The notes beneath the pieces were generated by a model that did not search any database, was not told the origin of the DNA, and worked only from the letters and a program-made list of their open reading frames with translations. Below are positions 26,287 to 37,371 of a DNA stretch of 64,000 nt, one piece after another. Origin of the DNA: Haplodiscus bocki (lineage: Eukaryota); the NCBI GenBank assembly GCA_965655095.1, contig OZ296650.1:68758001-68822000 (forward strand), given 5' to 3'. Position 1 is the stretch's first letter. Every line of letters begins with the position of its first letter. The position numbers were made by a program, and so were the translations under genes.

Positions 26287-27823
26287 TGTCACGACAATCT
26301 TTTGGGCCTAAGTTTTGTGTAGTCTGGCCGCGGAAGATGCCTGCTTCAGGATGAGGATCACTCTGGGAGTCGTCCTCATTCGTTCCCTGGTTTTCCACGT
26401 TTGTGTTCCGGAATGTTCCCGGAACGGTTTCGAAATGCGTATGTATTTGTTGGTTCGAGAGAAATTCGTCTAATTTAGACAGAGCACCCAAAATGCGGGA
26501 CTCTGTCCTGCTGAACTCCTGGGACAGTTTTTTACTGACTCTGCCTTCAATCTCCTCAGAAACTTGTGTAATATATTCCTCGTTAATTCTAGGAACGGAC
26601 GTGTTTCGTGACTGGCCGTTCCTAGGATTTTCCTCTTGTGTTTCTCTTGTAACGGCTGCCAACTTTCGTTTGTTTCTCAACGTTGCCATCTTCTTGAAGG
26701 GAAAATGCTACGCAGTTATGAAGACCGAATTATTTTGTATTTGTTAATAAAGTTGAGATTGTAACAAAAATGTTATTCCCTAAAATAAACAAATAGTCGC
26801 AATCCGTACAGTCAACCGATAATCAAAATGATATTAAGGATTTCTCTTTAGTACTTTCGTTTCTCCTATTTATACCTTTTCCTTGGCGGGAAACATAATT
26901 GTTTACACACCAAGTAAAGGTACAAAGTAGGGAAAAGTACTTTGATCACAATAATTACAAAGGAAAAATGCCGACTCTGGCGGGAAAAAAACAGCTTTAC
27001 CTCTATTTCTTCCTTTACAGACCGCGTCTTTTCCATCTTTCGACGGAAAATATACGGGTCTGATCAGTCAGAAGTGGATATCAAAGTGTTTTTTCCCGCG
27101 CCGACACAATGAATAAACAAATGATCAAAAAGATTTTCCATAAGAGGAAAGTATTATAAAATGCAACAAAATTAGGTAAAATACACTAAAATAATCATAT
27201 AAAATCATAATTACATGCTTGGTAATACTATTGCATCAATTTAATCCACTTTTGGAACGAAACTAGGCTTTTTCTTAACCCGTTCCACGTTTTTACTAGC
27301 TCACGCCTCAATTTGGCTGGAGCGTTCCGTGGCGACTACGTAGCCGCCTGTAGCACTGCCTTCCGCAGTACTACTGAGGAGAATGATTCTGGTGGCTACG
27401 TAGACGTCCCGTGTCCGTCCAAAGTGAAACAGCGCAAAAGCACAGCGGATTGGCTGAAGGTTTTGTGACGTCACCAGATCGGTAGCCACGTAACGCGTAC
27501 GTAACAAAATATTCATTCCTAGCTTAGAGTGGCTGCTAGGTAAGTACGTGTTCGTTACGTAAAAGTTGCTTCTCAATCTGGTTCAGTACACGGGAGTGCT
27601 ACGTATAAAATACGTAGAATTTGTATGAAAATATACTGGGGAGTGATACGTATTTGATACGTATCAACTACATGTAAAAGGAATGAAATAATACTGCAAT
27701 ATTATTATATGAATGGAAATGGAAAAGTCTAAAGTATTGATACAGTTTCTTGTAATTTTCAGGCACTTTGAGGATGTCCTTTCCTTTCTTTATGCTCGTA
27801 GGCTTCGCGGATATACTGCGACA
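26287..27823 (-). repeat. 3' LTR (1537 bp) carrying a duplicate gag N-terminal ORF (26273..26689)
   Basis: Preceded by the PPT; ends TGTCGTGACA. The ORF MATLRNKRK... runs into the flank and stops at 26273. Confidence 0.95.
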
Positions 27824-27835
27824 CTCCCCCTCTTT
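27824..27835 (-). promoter_or_regulatory. Polypurine tract
   Basis: AAAGAGGGGGAG immediately before the TG of the 3' LTR. Equivalent AAAGGAGGAG at 39022-39031. Confidence 0.9.
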
Positions 27836-30745
27836 GTGAAAGGACATTCCCATGGTCAACCTTCTTTTCTGTTTTCGATGCACTCTGCTCATCGATGATT
27901 GTTGCAGATAGAAATCACAATTGTCAGAGTTCACAAGATAACCAATCGCCGGTACCAATTTGAATCATAAATGAAGAACTATTCTCGCCGATCAGAGTTG
28001 ACGAATTCACCAAGAGTACTTTGTCAAGTGACGGAGTACATACGTAGATTCTCCGTAGTTTTCTTTTCGGCTGGGAAATTCTTTGCAGTTTCTGTATTGA
28101 AAGGTAAAATTGATGAAGTTAAGTAATAGTGAGTAGAATTTGATGGCGTTAGTGTTTAATTAAGTCAAGGAAAGCAAAATTTTGAAATGAGGAATCTTTT
28201 AGTTTCGTTCCTCAACGGTTCCTTGAAATATCATGCTGATGTCATTGCTGGCAGACAATTTCATCAAATTTATAATGAGTAAATGTTTAATGACTTAGGC
28301 TTGTAAATCCATCACTTGATAGTCAAGTGTTGCTGTTCCATGTAATGTCTGAGAAAAATGTGATCCTGCATGAGGAGATCACTTCATCCAAGAAGATACT
28401 GTGTCAGCTGTAGGTTCTGCCAGAACTCGTTTTGCCATTTCTATCAAACTCCATGTGCCCCCAAAGAGTATTTTCTTGTGGAGATGGGCGAGGAGAGTCC
28501 GGGAATCTGGTTGGATTTCTGGAATAGCTTGTTGTTGGAGATCATGGCGAAACTGATGAAGATGCGGGGAAGGAGACACACATCGAGGGTTAGGATGTCG
28601 ATGTTGTATGTGGTGCTCCCGCGTTGGCGATCTCCGGGTTTGAGTTGCAGTGTTTCATTTTCTCAGAAATTTTCCGGGAAAAGGACTGGAGGGACAGATT
28701 TTGTCTGAGTGTGTTTTTGGCACCGCTCGACCTCCGCAATGTGAATTTTCAAATCTTCATACCTCATTAGCTTTTGGTTTGCTGGAATAATATGGTGGCC
28801 ATCCATACTTTCCATAAGCTAGTAAACAGTGCGCACCTCTTCATGAAGATGACTTCGTGAGGCTTTTATGTTTTAGCTTAAAATTGTTCTGGGGAACCAT
28901 TTATTCGTCCGGATATCTCCGGGACCCTTCGGATTGACTCGGTTGTGATCCGAGTTTGAAGTTGTTGCTCCCACTTCGGAGGAGGATGTCCGGAAAGGGG
29001 TATTCTAGAAAAATATCTCTCACGGCTACTCTTGAGAATTAGATTCTCTCTAATCTACATTGTGGATTTGTTTTTGGGGCAGTGGTTTGTTATCATCGTT
29101 TTTGCAGGTGATGCCGAATTTGCTCCTAGAGTCCGGAAGAGATGACGTACCGACTGGAGTGGAGACTGATGGTCAGACGCCTAGTATCGCTAGTTGCGGG
29201 CTTCAGTCTGACGTCTCTGAAGTTGTTCACAGTCGTAGTCGAAGTTGGGAGCTAATGGAGCAGGCTTTTGATGATGGTAATATTCATGTTCAAAAGAGGA
29301 GTTTACCGGTATTGTTCCTCATTGGTTCCAGATATCACCTCATTTTTGCCTTTTAGATTAATTCGTCACCGAAACCTGCTGCCACTGTTGTGCATGCCAT
29401 TGGGCATTAGATTATTTGTTTTTGTCGCTCCGTCAGTGTGGTAGAAAAAGCTCAGTTGCCGAATCTTCTAATGAATAGTGGGCATTCCCGTCGGATTTGT
29501 GTTTGGGCAATCAGTTGTGTGTGTGTGAAGTATATTTTATGTTGACAGAATTGAATGAAGTACAGGATCAGCTGCGACAATTTTGTGGTACGTTCTGTAG
29601 AATTTCCGGAATTCTTCCGTATCACTCCGTGTTTTTTCCTGGGTGGAAGCAGTAATGTCGTTGATGTCACTCATACTGGGGTTATCTGGGGCTGTTCCTG
29701 GTTTTTTCTCATTCAGTCTCTTCATTGCCTGTATTGTTTTAGTTGCACACAATATCGTCGAATTGCAGTCTGATAGAGAATGAGTGGAAAATGAGTCTGT
29801 CGACAAGGATTATCCTCAGAAAGTGACATTAGAAATTCACTATTGCAATCACCAATATCCATTGAGAACTAGTAGTCAGAACATCGTTTTTGTTCCAAGA
29901 AAACTGTGAATAGCTTCCAGGAATAGGTACGTGTTTGCTCCATGTCAGTTCCATAACACGTTCCTAGGAATTCCGGAAAGTGTACGTGGGCGTTACGTGG
30001 AACATACTAGGACAGATTGAAAAATTCAATGTCTGTGATTTTCGTTGCAATTCGGCTTCAGGTGATGACGTAGATCATATTTTGTGCTGCGGGGCTTGGT
30101 AGAATTATGGTTTTGGTGCTTCCAATTCGTGTCCCGTTTATAGTTGAAAACATGGTCCGTATCCATTCCGTCATATGTCCCTTCTTTTTTGGAAACTTTG
30201 TGGGCAAACTTCTCGTATGGTGCATAGTATACTCCTAGTCAAATATGTGTGTAATTAGATAGTTTACGAAATCCAGAGGCAGATACACTTTTCAGGAACT
30301 ATGATCGAGGACACTGACATATACAGCTTGTCCATGTCTCATCTCTCACAAGCGTTTCCCAAACAGCGGTGAAGTTGTTTTGTGAGAAGGGAAATATTGT
30401 TATCTCCATTAAATTTCAGCTGTGATGCCGTTAGTCGTTTCTTGGATTTCGTTTTGACATTTCTGGGAGTTTTTGAGGCACAGAACTTGTTTGCTCCTAG
30501 TTTCATTTTCTCGGAACTGTTCCGTAGAGGTTCCGGATTTTGAAGTGAGGTTTCCTTTAATGACGTTGTTCGTCAATCTACATCATTTTTCTATTTTAGT
30601 TGGGGCGTATGCGTGCTTTCATTAGTTTCAGCAGTAGAGTCGTTTTGAATATTAGGTAACTTGAACTATCCACAAATATCTCCAGAGGTTGCTGCCAGAC
30701 AACACATGGGATTGGTGGAATATTCTTCTGTTGGTCTCCGGTCTG

Positions 30746-32337
30746 TCAGTCACTGTTCCGGAGTGAAAATGTGACATTTATAGTTAAGATGTTGGGCTGT
30801 AGCATGGACAGAACCAGATATACTGTCGTGTGCGTCCTGTTCTTGAGGTTTGTTCTTCCAGGGAAGTGGCCTGTTTGCTGCATTGGCTCCAACGTAACAT
30901 CTCTCTGTGGAGTGGTTGGTTTTGCCACATGTCGCACAGGGAGGGTAGAGAGTTCTAGATTTTCTGTCAATTTTGTGGTTGTTGATTTAGAGTCGTTTGT
31001 GTCACTGTTGATATTTCCAGCGTTATCTGGGTTGCCTTCAATTTGTTTTTTGTCCATCACAGTGTTCATCTGAGTCTCATCAGGATATTCCAAACTGTTT
31101 AGCTCCAATTCCCTTTTCAGGTGTGTCACAATCTGTTCATACGTGCCATTCTCCAAGTGGGCGTGGTTTATTGATTTCTTCAGGTGTGGAGGCATTTTGG
31201 CATATATGAATTGGTCAACGATTGCTTGGGCAGCAACTCCGAACGCATCTTTTGCCAATTTCTGGAGTTCGTCCAAAAAATCAATTAACTTCTGGTTCGT
31301 TGGATTGAAAATTAATTGTTGAAATTTTCGTTTTGCCGTAGCCATTGACTGGGGTTTCACGTATTTTCTACGGAACACAGTCGGAATTTCTGCTAGATTC
31401 TCTCGGTTCCGACTGCTGATGTTTCTGAACGTCTGCAGCGCATCACCACGCATGAGAGAAGGGAAGTAGTTCACTTTGTCTTCTTCTGTGAGCTGATTGT
31501 GGATTTTTAAACTCGTTTGGAATAGATCTTCAAACAGTTCAAATTTCTCTGATTTCCCGTCGAATGTTGGCATTGCTGTCGTGGGGGATTTAGGCAGTTT
31601 CGAGATTCTGTTACTGTTGTTATCGATATTGGCAGAATTACTGCTCGTCGCCAATTGCTGAAGGGCCAACAAAATCTGGTCTGCTTCAATTGTCGCAGGG
31701 ATGTTCTCACAGCGAAATTGTGGCTGACTTGTGGGCGCGCCTCCTTTTGTTTTCCTGAGGAAATTCCCGAGGATCAGTAGGGGATCTCTTCTTGAACTGC
31801 TGTCACCATGTCATGGCCATTGCGATTTTCTTCTGTAGCTGCTGTCACCATGTCGGGGCGATAGCGAATCTCTCTTTGAACTCCTATCACAATGTCACGA
31901 CAGTGACGAATTTCTCCTGTAGCTCCTGTCACCATGTCATGACAATCTTTTGGGCCTAAGTTTTGTGTAGTCTGGCCGCGGAAGATGCCTGCTTCAGGAT
32001 GAGGATCACTCTGGGAGTCGTCCTCATTCGTTCCCTGGTTTTCCACGTTTGTGTTCCGGAATGTTCCCGGAACGGTTTCGAAATGCGTATGTATTTGTTG
32101 GTTCGAGAGAAATTCGTCTAATTTAGACAGAGCACCCAAAATGCGGGACTCTGTCCTGCTGAACTCCTGGGACAGTTTTTTACTGACTCTGCCTTCAATC
32201 TCCTCAGAAACTTGTGTAATATATTCCTCGTTAATTCTAGGAACGGACGTGTTTCGTGACTGGCCGTTCCTAGGATTTTCCTCTTGTGTTTCTCTTGTAA
32301 CGGCTGCCAACTTTCGTTTGTTTCTCAACGTTGCCAT
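30746..32337 (-). pseudogene. gag: gag of subfamily A (stop at 31774, continues as ORF 30746..31672)
   Basis: MPTFDGKSEKFELFEDLF...LMRGDALQTF...FRRKY...KLIDFLDELQKLAKDAF capsid-like domain; frameshifted CCHC knuckle near 30900-30935. Confidence 0.88.
31777..31944 (-). repeat. Four in-frame 42-bp repeats, each an LTR-end motif plus a PBS
   Basis: tgtcaccatgtc-type cores at 31801, 31843, 31885 and 31927. Peptide CHDMVTGATGEIRH/CRDIVIGVQREIRY/RPDMVTAATEENRN/GHDMVTAVQEEIPY. Confidence 0.95.
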
Positions 32338-33479
32338 CTTCTTGAAGGGAAAATGCTACGCAGTTATGAAGACCGAATTATTTTGTATTTGTTAATAAAG
32401 TTGAGATTGTAACAAAAATGTTATTCCCTAAAATAAACAAATAGTCGCAATCCGTACAGTCAACCGATAATCAAAATGATATTAAGGATCTCTCTTTAGT
32501 ACTTTCGTTTCTCCTATTTATACCTTTTCCTTGGCGGGAAACATAATTGTTTACACACCAAGTAAAGGTACAAAGTAGGGAAAAGTACTTTGATCACAAT
32601 AATTACAAAGGAAAAATGCCGACTCTGGCGGGAAAAAAACAGCTTTACCTCTATTTCTTCCTTTACAGACCGCGTCTTTTCCATCTTTCGACGGAAAATA
32701 TACGGGTCTGATCAGTCAGAAGTGGATATCAAAGTGTTTTTTCCCGCGCCGACACAATGAATAATAACATAAACAAATGATCAAAAAGATTTTCCATAAG
32801 AGGAAAGTATTATAAAATGCACCAACACTAGGTAAAATACACTAAAATAATCATATAAAATCATAATTACACGCTTGGTAATACTATTGCATCAATTTAA
32901 TCCACTTTGGGAACGAAACTAGGCTTTTTCCTAACCCGTTCCACGTTTTTACTAGCTCACGCCTCAATTTGGCCGGAGCGTTCCGTGGCGACTACGTAGC
33001 CGCCTGTAGCACTGCCTTCCGCAGTACTACTGAGGAGAATGATTCTGTTGGCTACGTAGACGTCCCGTGTCCGTCCAAAGTGAAACAGCGCAAAAGCACA
33101 GCGAATTGGTTGAAAGTTTTGTGACGTCACCTGATCGGTAGCCACGTAACGCGTACGTAACAAAATATTCATTCCTAGCTTAGAGTAGCTGCTAGGTAGG
33201 TACGTGTTCGTTACGTAAAAGTTGCGTCCCAATCTGGTTCAGTACACGGGAGTGCTACGTATAAAATACGCAGACTTTGTATGAAAATATAGTGGGGAGT
33301 GATACGTATTTGATAGGTATCAACTACATGTAGAAGCAATGAAATATTACTGCAAAATTATTATATGAATGGAAATGGAAAAGTCTAAAGTATTGATACA
33401 GTTTCTTGTAATTTTCAGGCAATTTGGGGATGTCCTTTCCTTTCTTTATGCTCGTAGGCTTCGCGGATATACTGCGACA
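31935..33479 (-). repeat. 5' LTR (1545 bp) containing the first 403 nt of gag
   Basis: Direct repeat of 26287-27823. Starts TGTCGCAG and ends TGTCATGACA; gag ATG at 32337. Confidence 0.95.
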
Positions 33480-33891
33480 GTTGGGTTGAACACACTAGTG
33501 ACATGCTGACTGCACTCATGGAAGTTTTCGCGATTTCAGTTACTGTATCATCAAGTTCCAGGGGAATTTTAAGGAACACGGTTTGTTGCCGTCAATAGAA
33601 ATGTTATTCAAATACCTACTGCACATGAGATTCAGCTCTTGTACTTTTCGAGATCCCTTTGAAAGGCAATGTTCGGACAATTGTCGGATTTGCTTGCTGT
33701 TGTGCAATCAGAGAACGGTCGAAAACACTATCAACTTTAAAACTAGTTCAAGTGTAACTTCTGCCGAAATTTTTCGCAAAAACGCTTCATTACAGAACAT
33801 TGAACATGAAGACTACGCAGCCCCTTTTCACGGCCTAGCAACAAGGAAAAAGATGGGTGTGAACAAAAAGCGAAAGCACCGGAGTTCATTA

Positions 33892-34425
33892 CCCGGGTCG
33901 AACTTTTTTGGGAAAACGCCGCTATTTTTCAGGTATAATGGCGTAACGCCGCTAACGCCGTTAACTTACTAGCAAAACGCCGTTAACGCCTTTATACCGA
34001 CAAGGAACGCCGTTAACGCCGTTAACATTCATGTTCAACGCCGTTAACACCGCTATTTTTCCGGTTAAACGCTTTTAACGCCGCTATTTGTCCGGTTCAA
34101 CGCCGTTAACGCCGCTATTTTTCTCGTTAAACGCCGTTAACGCCGCTATTTTTCTGGTTAAACGCCGTTAACGCCGCTACTTTTCCGGTTCAACGCCATT
34201 AACGCCGCTATTTTTCCGGTTCGACGCCGTTAACGCCGCTGTTTTCCCGGTTCAACGCCCTTAACGCCGCTATTCTTTCGGTTAAACGTCGTTAAAGCCG
34301 CTCTTTTTCCGGTTCAACGCCGTTAACGCCGCTACTTTTCCGGTTAATAACGGCTTTTGTGACTAATTTTGACCACCGTTAACGCCCTTATACCTGAAAA
34401 ATGTCGGCCATTATTTCGACCCTGG
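33892..34425. mobile_element. Non-autonomous DNA transposon (MITE-like), TA-flanked, with internal minisatellite
   Basis: TA|CCCGGGTCGAA ... TTCGACCCTGG|TA (11-bp TIR, one mismatch). A related left end, also after TA, occurs at 56206 and in each array unit. Confidence 0.8.
34037..34346. repeat. 31-bp minisatellite, about 10 copies (AACGCCGTTAACGCCGCTATTTTTCCGGTTC/A)
   Basis: Unit starts at 34037, 34068, 34099, 34130 and onward. Confidence 0.95.
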
Positions 34426-34586
34426 TAGTAAAGGCAGTTTCAAAACATCTGTATGATGAGCGTGCTACAACCAGTCAAGTGAGCTAACTCTTTGGTTGGA
34501 AACACGCTTTTGAAAGCAAATGCCACCTAAGGGTTCATGTCATTAACGGAACAGTTTTGGTTTTCACACAAGAATTACTCGGAAGT

Positions 34587-37005
34587 TGTCGCAGCACAAC
34601 TGCGAGGCATGCGGCCAGCCCCTACCAGCCTAAAAGACACCCTAACGCTCAGGAAAAACTCAAACATTACACACTTTTAATCAAACTCTAACTATCATTC
34701 TCGTATGTACTTTTAACTGTTGTGCATATATACGGATACGTATTTATTACGTATCCTTAACAATGCACATATATATGGGTACGTATTTATACGGAACCAA
34801 ACTGATCCGGACTAGGGCGGAACCGTTACGGAACAAACAAATGTTCACAGAGTATTATTGACTTGAGAGGTGCTATTTTTATATTAATATAATTATACAA
34901 ATATTAAATATAAATCCACCTTTCTCTATGAATCCGACGGTTTGATTGATTGCAACGAGTGCAGTTTAATTAGAAATTACGACTAAACTGATGCTACAAG
35001 CCAAACAACTGATTTCAAGTGTATTGACTCTCGGAGTGAATATTTGTTCCGTAAGTGTTCCGTAGCTACTAGTCTGGTGATGTCACAAATACTACTTTTA
35101 CTATGCCGTGCTGTGGTGATTACGGATTGATTCCGGAATGACTCCTCATTTGAGCACAAACTACTACCACTGCTATTGAATAAGGAATTATCCGGAAACG
35201 ACTAGGTGCTACTCGTACAAATGAGGAGTAAACTAGTAGTGCTACTAGTTTATCCTCATTTCCAAAGAGTAAAGACTAATGAACTCTTATTAATAATGAT
35301 GAAGTGAACACGAAATTGGTGAGCATTTATGTTTTTCATGTTGTTCTGCTATTTAAAATCATGCATTTTGTATTTTTTATTTCACTTTTCCTAGCTTAGG
35401 GAATACTTTTCCTTTTTCCATTTCTGGAATATACATTTATAAACAATACGTTAAAAAAAACGTTGTAAACAATACGTCGGCGCAAGAATAGACACTTTGA
35501 TGTCCATCTCTGATGGATTAGGACCGTCCATTTTTCTGTCGAAATAAGAAAAAGGCGCGTCATATGAGGCAAGAGATGGATGGAAAAGTTGTGATTTTAA
35601 ACTTTGATGTTATGATTTATAAAGTACCTCTCCCCATTTGCATTTTGACTTGGCGTGTAAACAATTATGTTTCCCGCCAAGAAAAGGTATAAATAGGAGA
35701 GAAGAGAGTACAAATTTAGAACTTTTCAAAACATTGTAATCTTGACTAGCACTTTGTGGTACTGACGTTACTAACCAGTATCAATATCAGTATTTTTGTT
35801 TCGTTATGGAAAACTGTAAACAGCAATTTGACTTTCCTTTAAGAAGAGGGAATCAAATAATTATCACCGAAAAATACTTTTCTTGTAGAAATGGAAACTC
35901 TTGGAAACAAGAGCGAATTGGCATTAATAAACAAAGAAAATTGTGAGGAACATCATTGCAGCATTTTGGCACAAAACTCGAAAGTTACCAGACCAAAAGA
36001 AGACTACATAACTCAAGTTTCTGAGGAAATTAAGAGAGGAGTGACTAAAAAGTTGTCGCAAGAGTTTAGCAGAATAGAAAACCGCATACTAGGCGCATTA
36101 GCACGTCTTGATGAATTTTTCATGAACCCGTTAATTAAGGGCCATTACGGAATCGCTTCAGAGACGTCCCAGAACGCATATGGCAAAAACCAGATAACTA
36201 ATCGGGACGACTCCCAGATTGATCCTCATCCTGAAGCTGGCATCTTCCACAAACAGACGACGCCAAACTTTGGCCCAAAAGATGGCCATGACATGGTGAC
36301 AGGAAGTCACGAAGAAGTCACTTACTGCTCTCCTAGTACATCTTCAGTCAAGCAGAAAAAGAACCGCTCTACCAGTCAACCGCAATTCCGCAGTGAGAAT
36401 GCCCGTGCGACGATTGAAGCAGACCAAATCCTGTTGGCGCTTCAGCAGTTGGCAAACAACAACAATTCTGCAGTTTTCCATAACAATATTAACAGAATTT
36501 CAAAATTGCCAAGGTCGCTCACAACAACGATGCCCACGTTCGACGGGAAATCTGAAAAGTTCCAGCCGTTTGAAGATCGTTTCCAAACGAGCCTCAAAAT
36601 CCATAATGAGCTGACTGAAGAGGACAAAATCACTAAATTCCAATCTCTCATGAGGGGAGATGCATTACAAACGTTTAAAAACAATATTGGTTCAACCTCA
36701 TAAAATCTGGGAGAAATCCTGGCAGTTTTCCGAAACAAATATGTAGAAGCGCAATCGATGACGACAACAAAGCATATTTTCCAGAAACTTGTCTTCAATC
36801 CAGCAAATCAGTAGTTAGTATTTTTTTTGTTGAACTTCAAAAACTAGGCAAAGACGCATTCGGAAAAGCTGCGCACGCCATCATCGAACAATTCATATAC
36901 GCTAAAATGCCACCACACCTGACGAAATCAATAAATCAGGCTCAGTTGGAAAAAGATAAATTTGAACAGATTGCCACACACCTAGAAAGGGAAATAGAGT
37001 TTTTT
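34587..37005 (+). mobile_element. Diverged subfamily-A element: 5' LTR (34587-36293), PBS and truncated gag
   Basis: Starts TGTCGCAG; ends ATGGCCATGACA|TGGTGACAGGA. ATG at 35891 is again 403 nt inside the LTR end. Gag is homologous to 30746-32337. Confidence 0.88.
35891..37002 (+). pseudogene. gag: gag (ORF 35891..36703 plus disrupted continuation)
   Basis: DYITQVSEEI...KKLSQEFSR.ENRILGAL...GHDMVTG...MPTFDGKSEKF...LMRGDALQTF. Confidence 0.88.
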
Positions 37006-37371
37006 TGTGACACGGTTGGGGCAGCATGATAAATTTAGACAATGTGTCGGAGAAATATCGTCGATGTTTCTTTTTTACCTTTGGTGATCCGCTGTTGAAG
37101 TATCCGAATTAGGATGTTTCACGCTTCTTTTCGGGCCCACGAGCAGCGTTAGTTGTAAATATCCAACCATTCGTCTGTTTTGAGTGTTTTAAGGCCAGGA
37201 ACTTCGGCATTTGTTACTGTTGTATGATTGTCTTCAACTTGGATAACGTAAGAAACGGAACCTCAAACCTTTGATTGTGTGGAGGTGGTTCAAGGGGGTC
37301 GAATTGTTGGAGTCTAGTGAGCTGATACGTTTCCGCCGAAACTCCGGCGGCTACAAAATAACATTAGAAGA

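Larger units (their letters stand above)
26287..33479 (-). mobile_element. Complete long-LTR Gypsy-like element (subfamily A), apparently non-autonomous, with 5-bp TSD GTTGG
   Basis: TGTC...GACA termini; GTTGG at 26282-26286 and 33480-33484; two ~1.54 kb LTRs; PBS next to the 5' LTR and PPT next to the 3' LTR. No RT, RNase H or integrase motif seen in the 4.1 kb interior. Confidence 0.95.

Noticed and set aside
34037-34346. CRISPR-like regular repeats
   Set aside because: The units are contiguous with no unique spacers, there are no cas genes, and the context is eukaryotic. It is a minisatellite inside a MITE.
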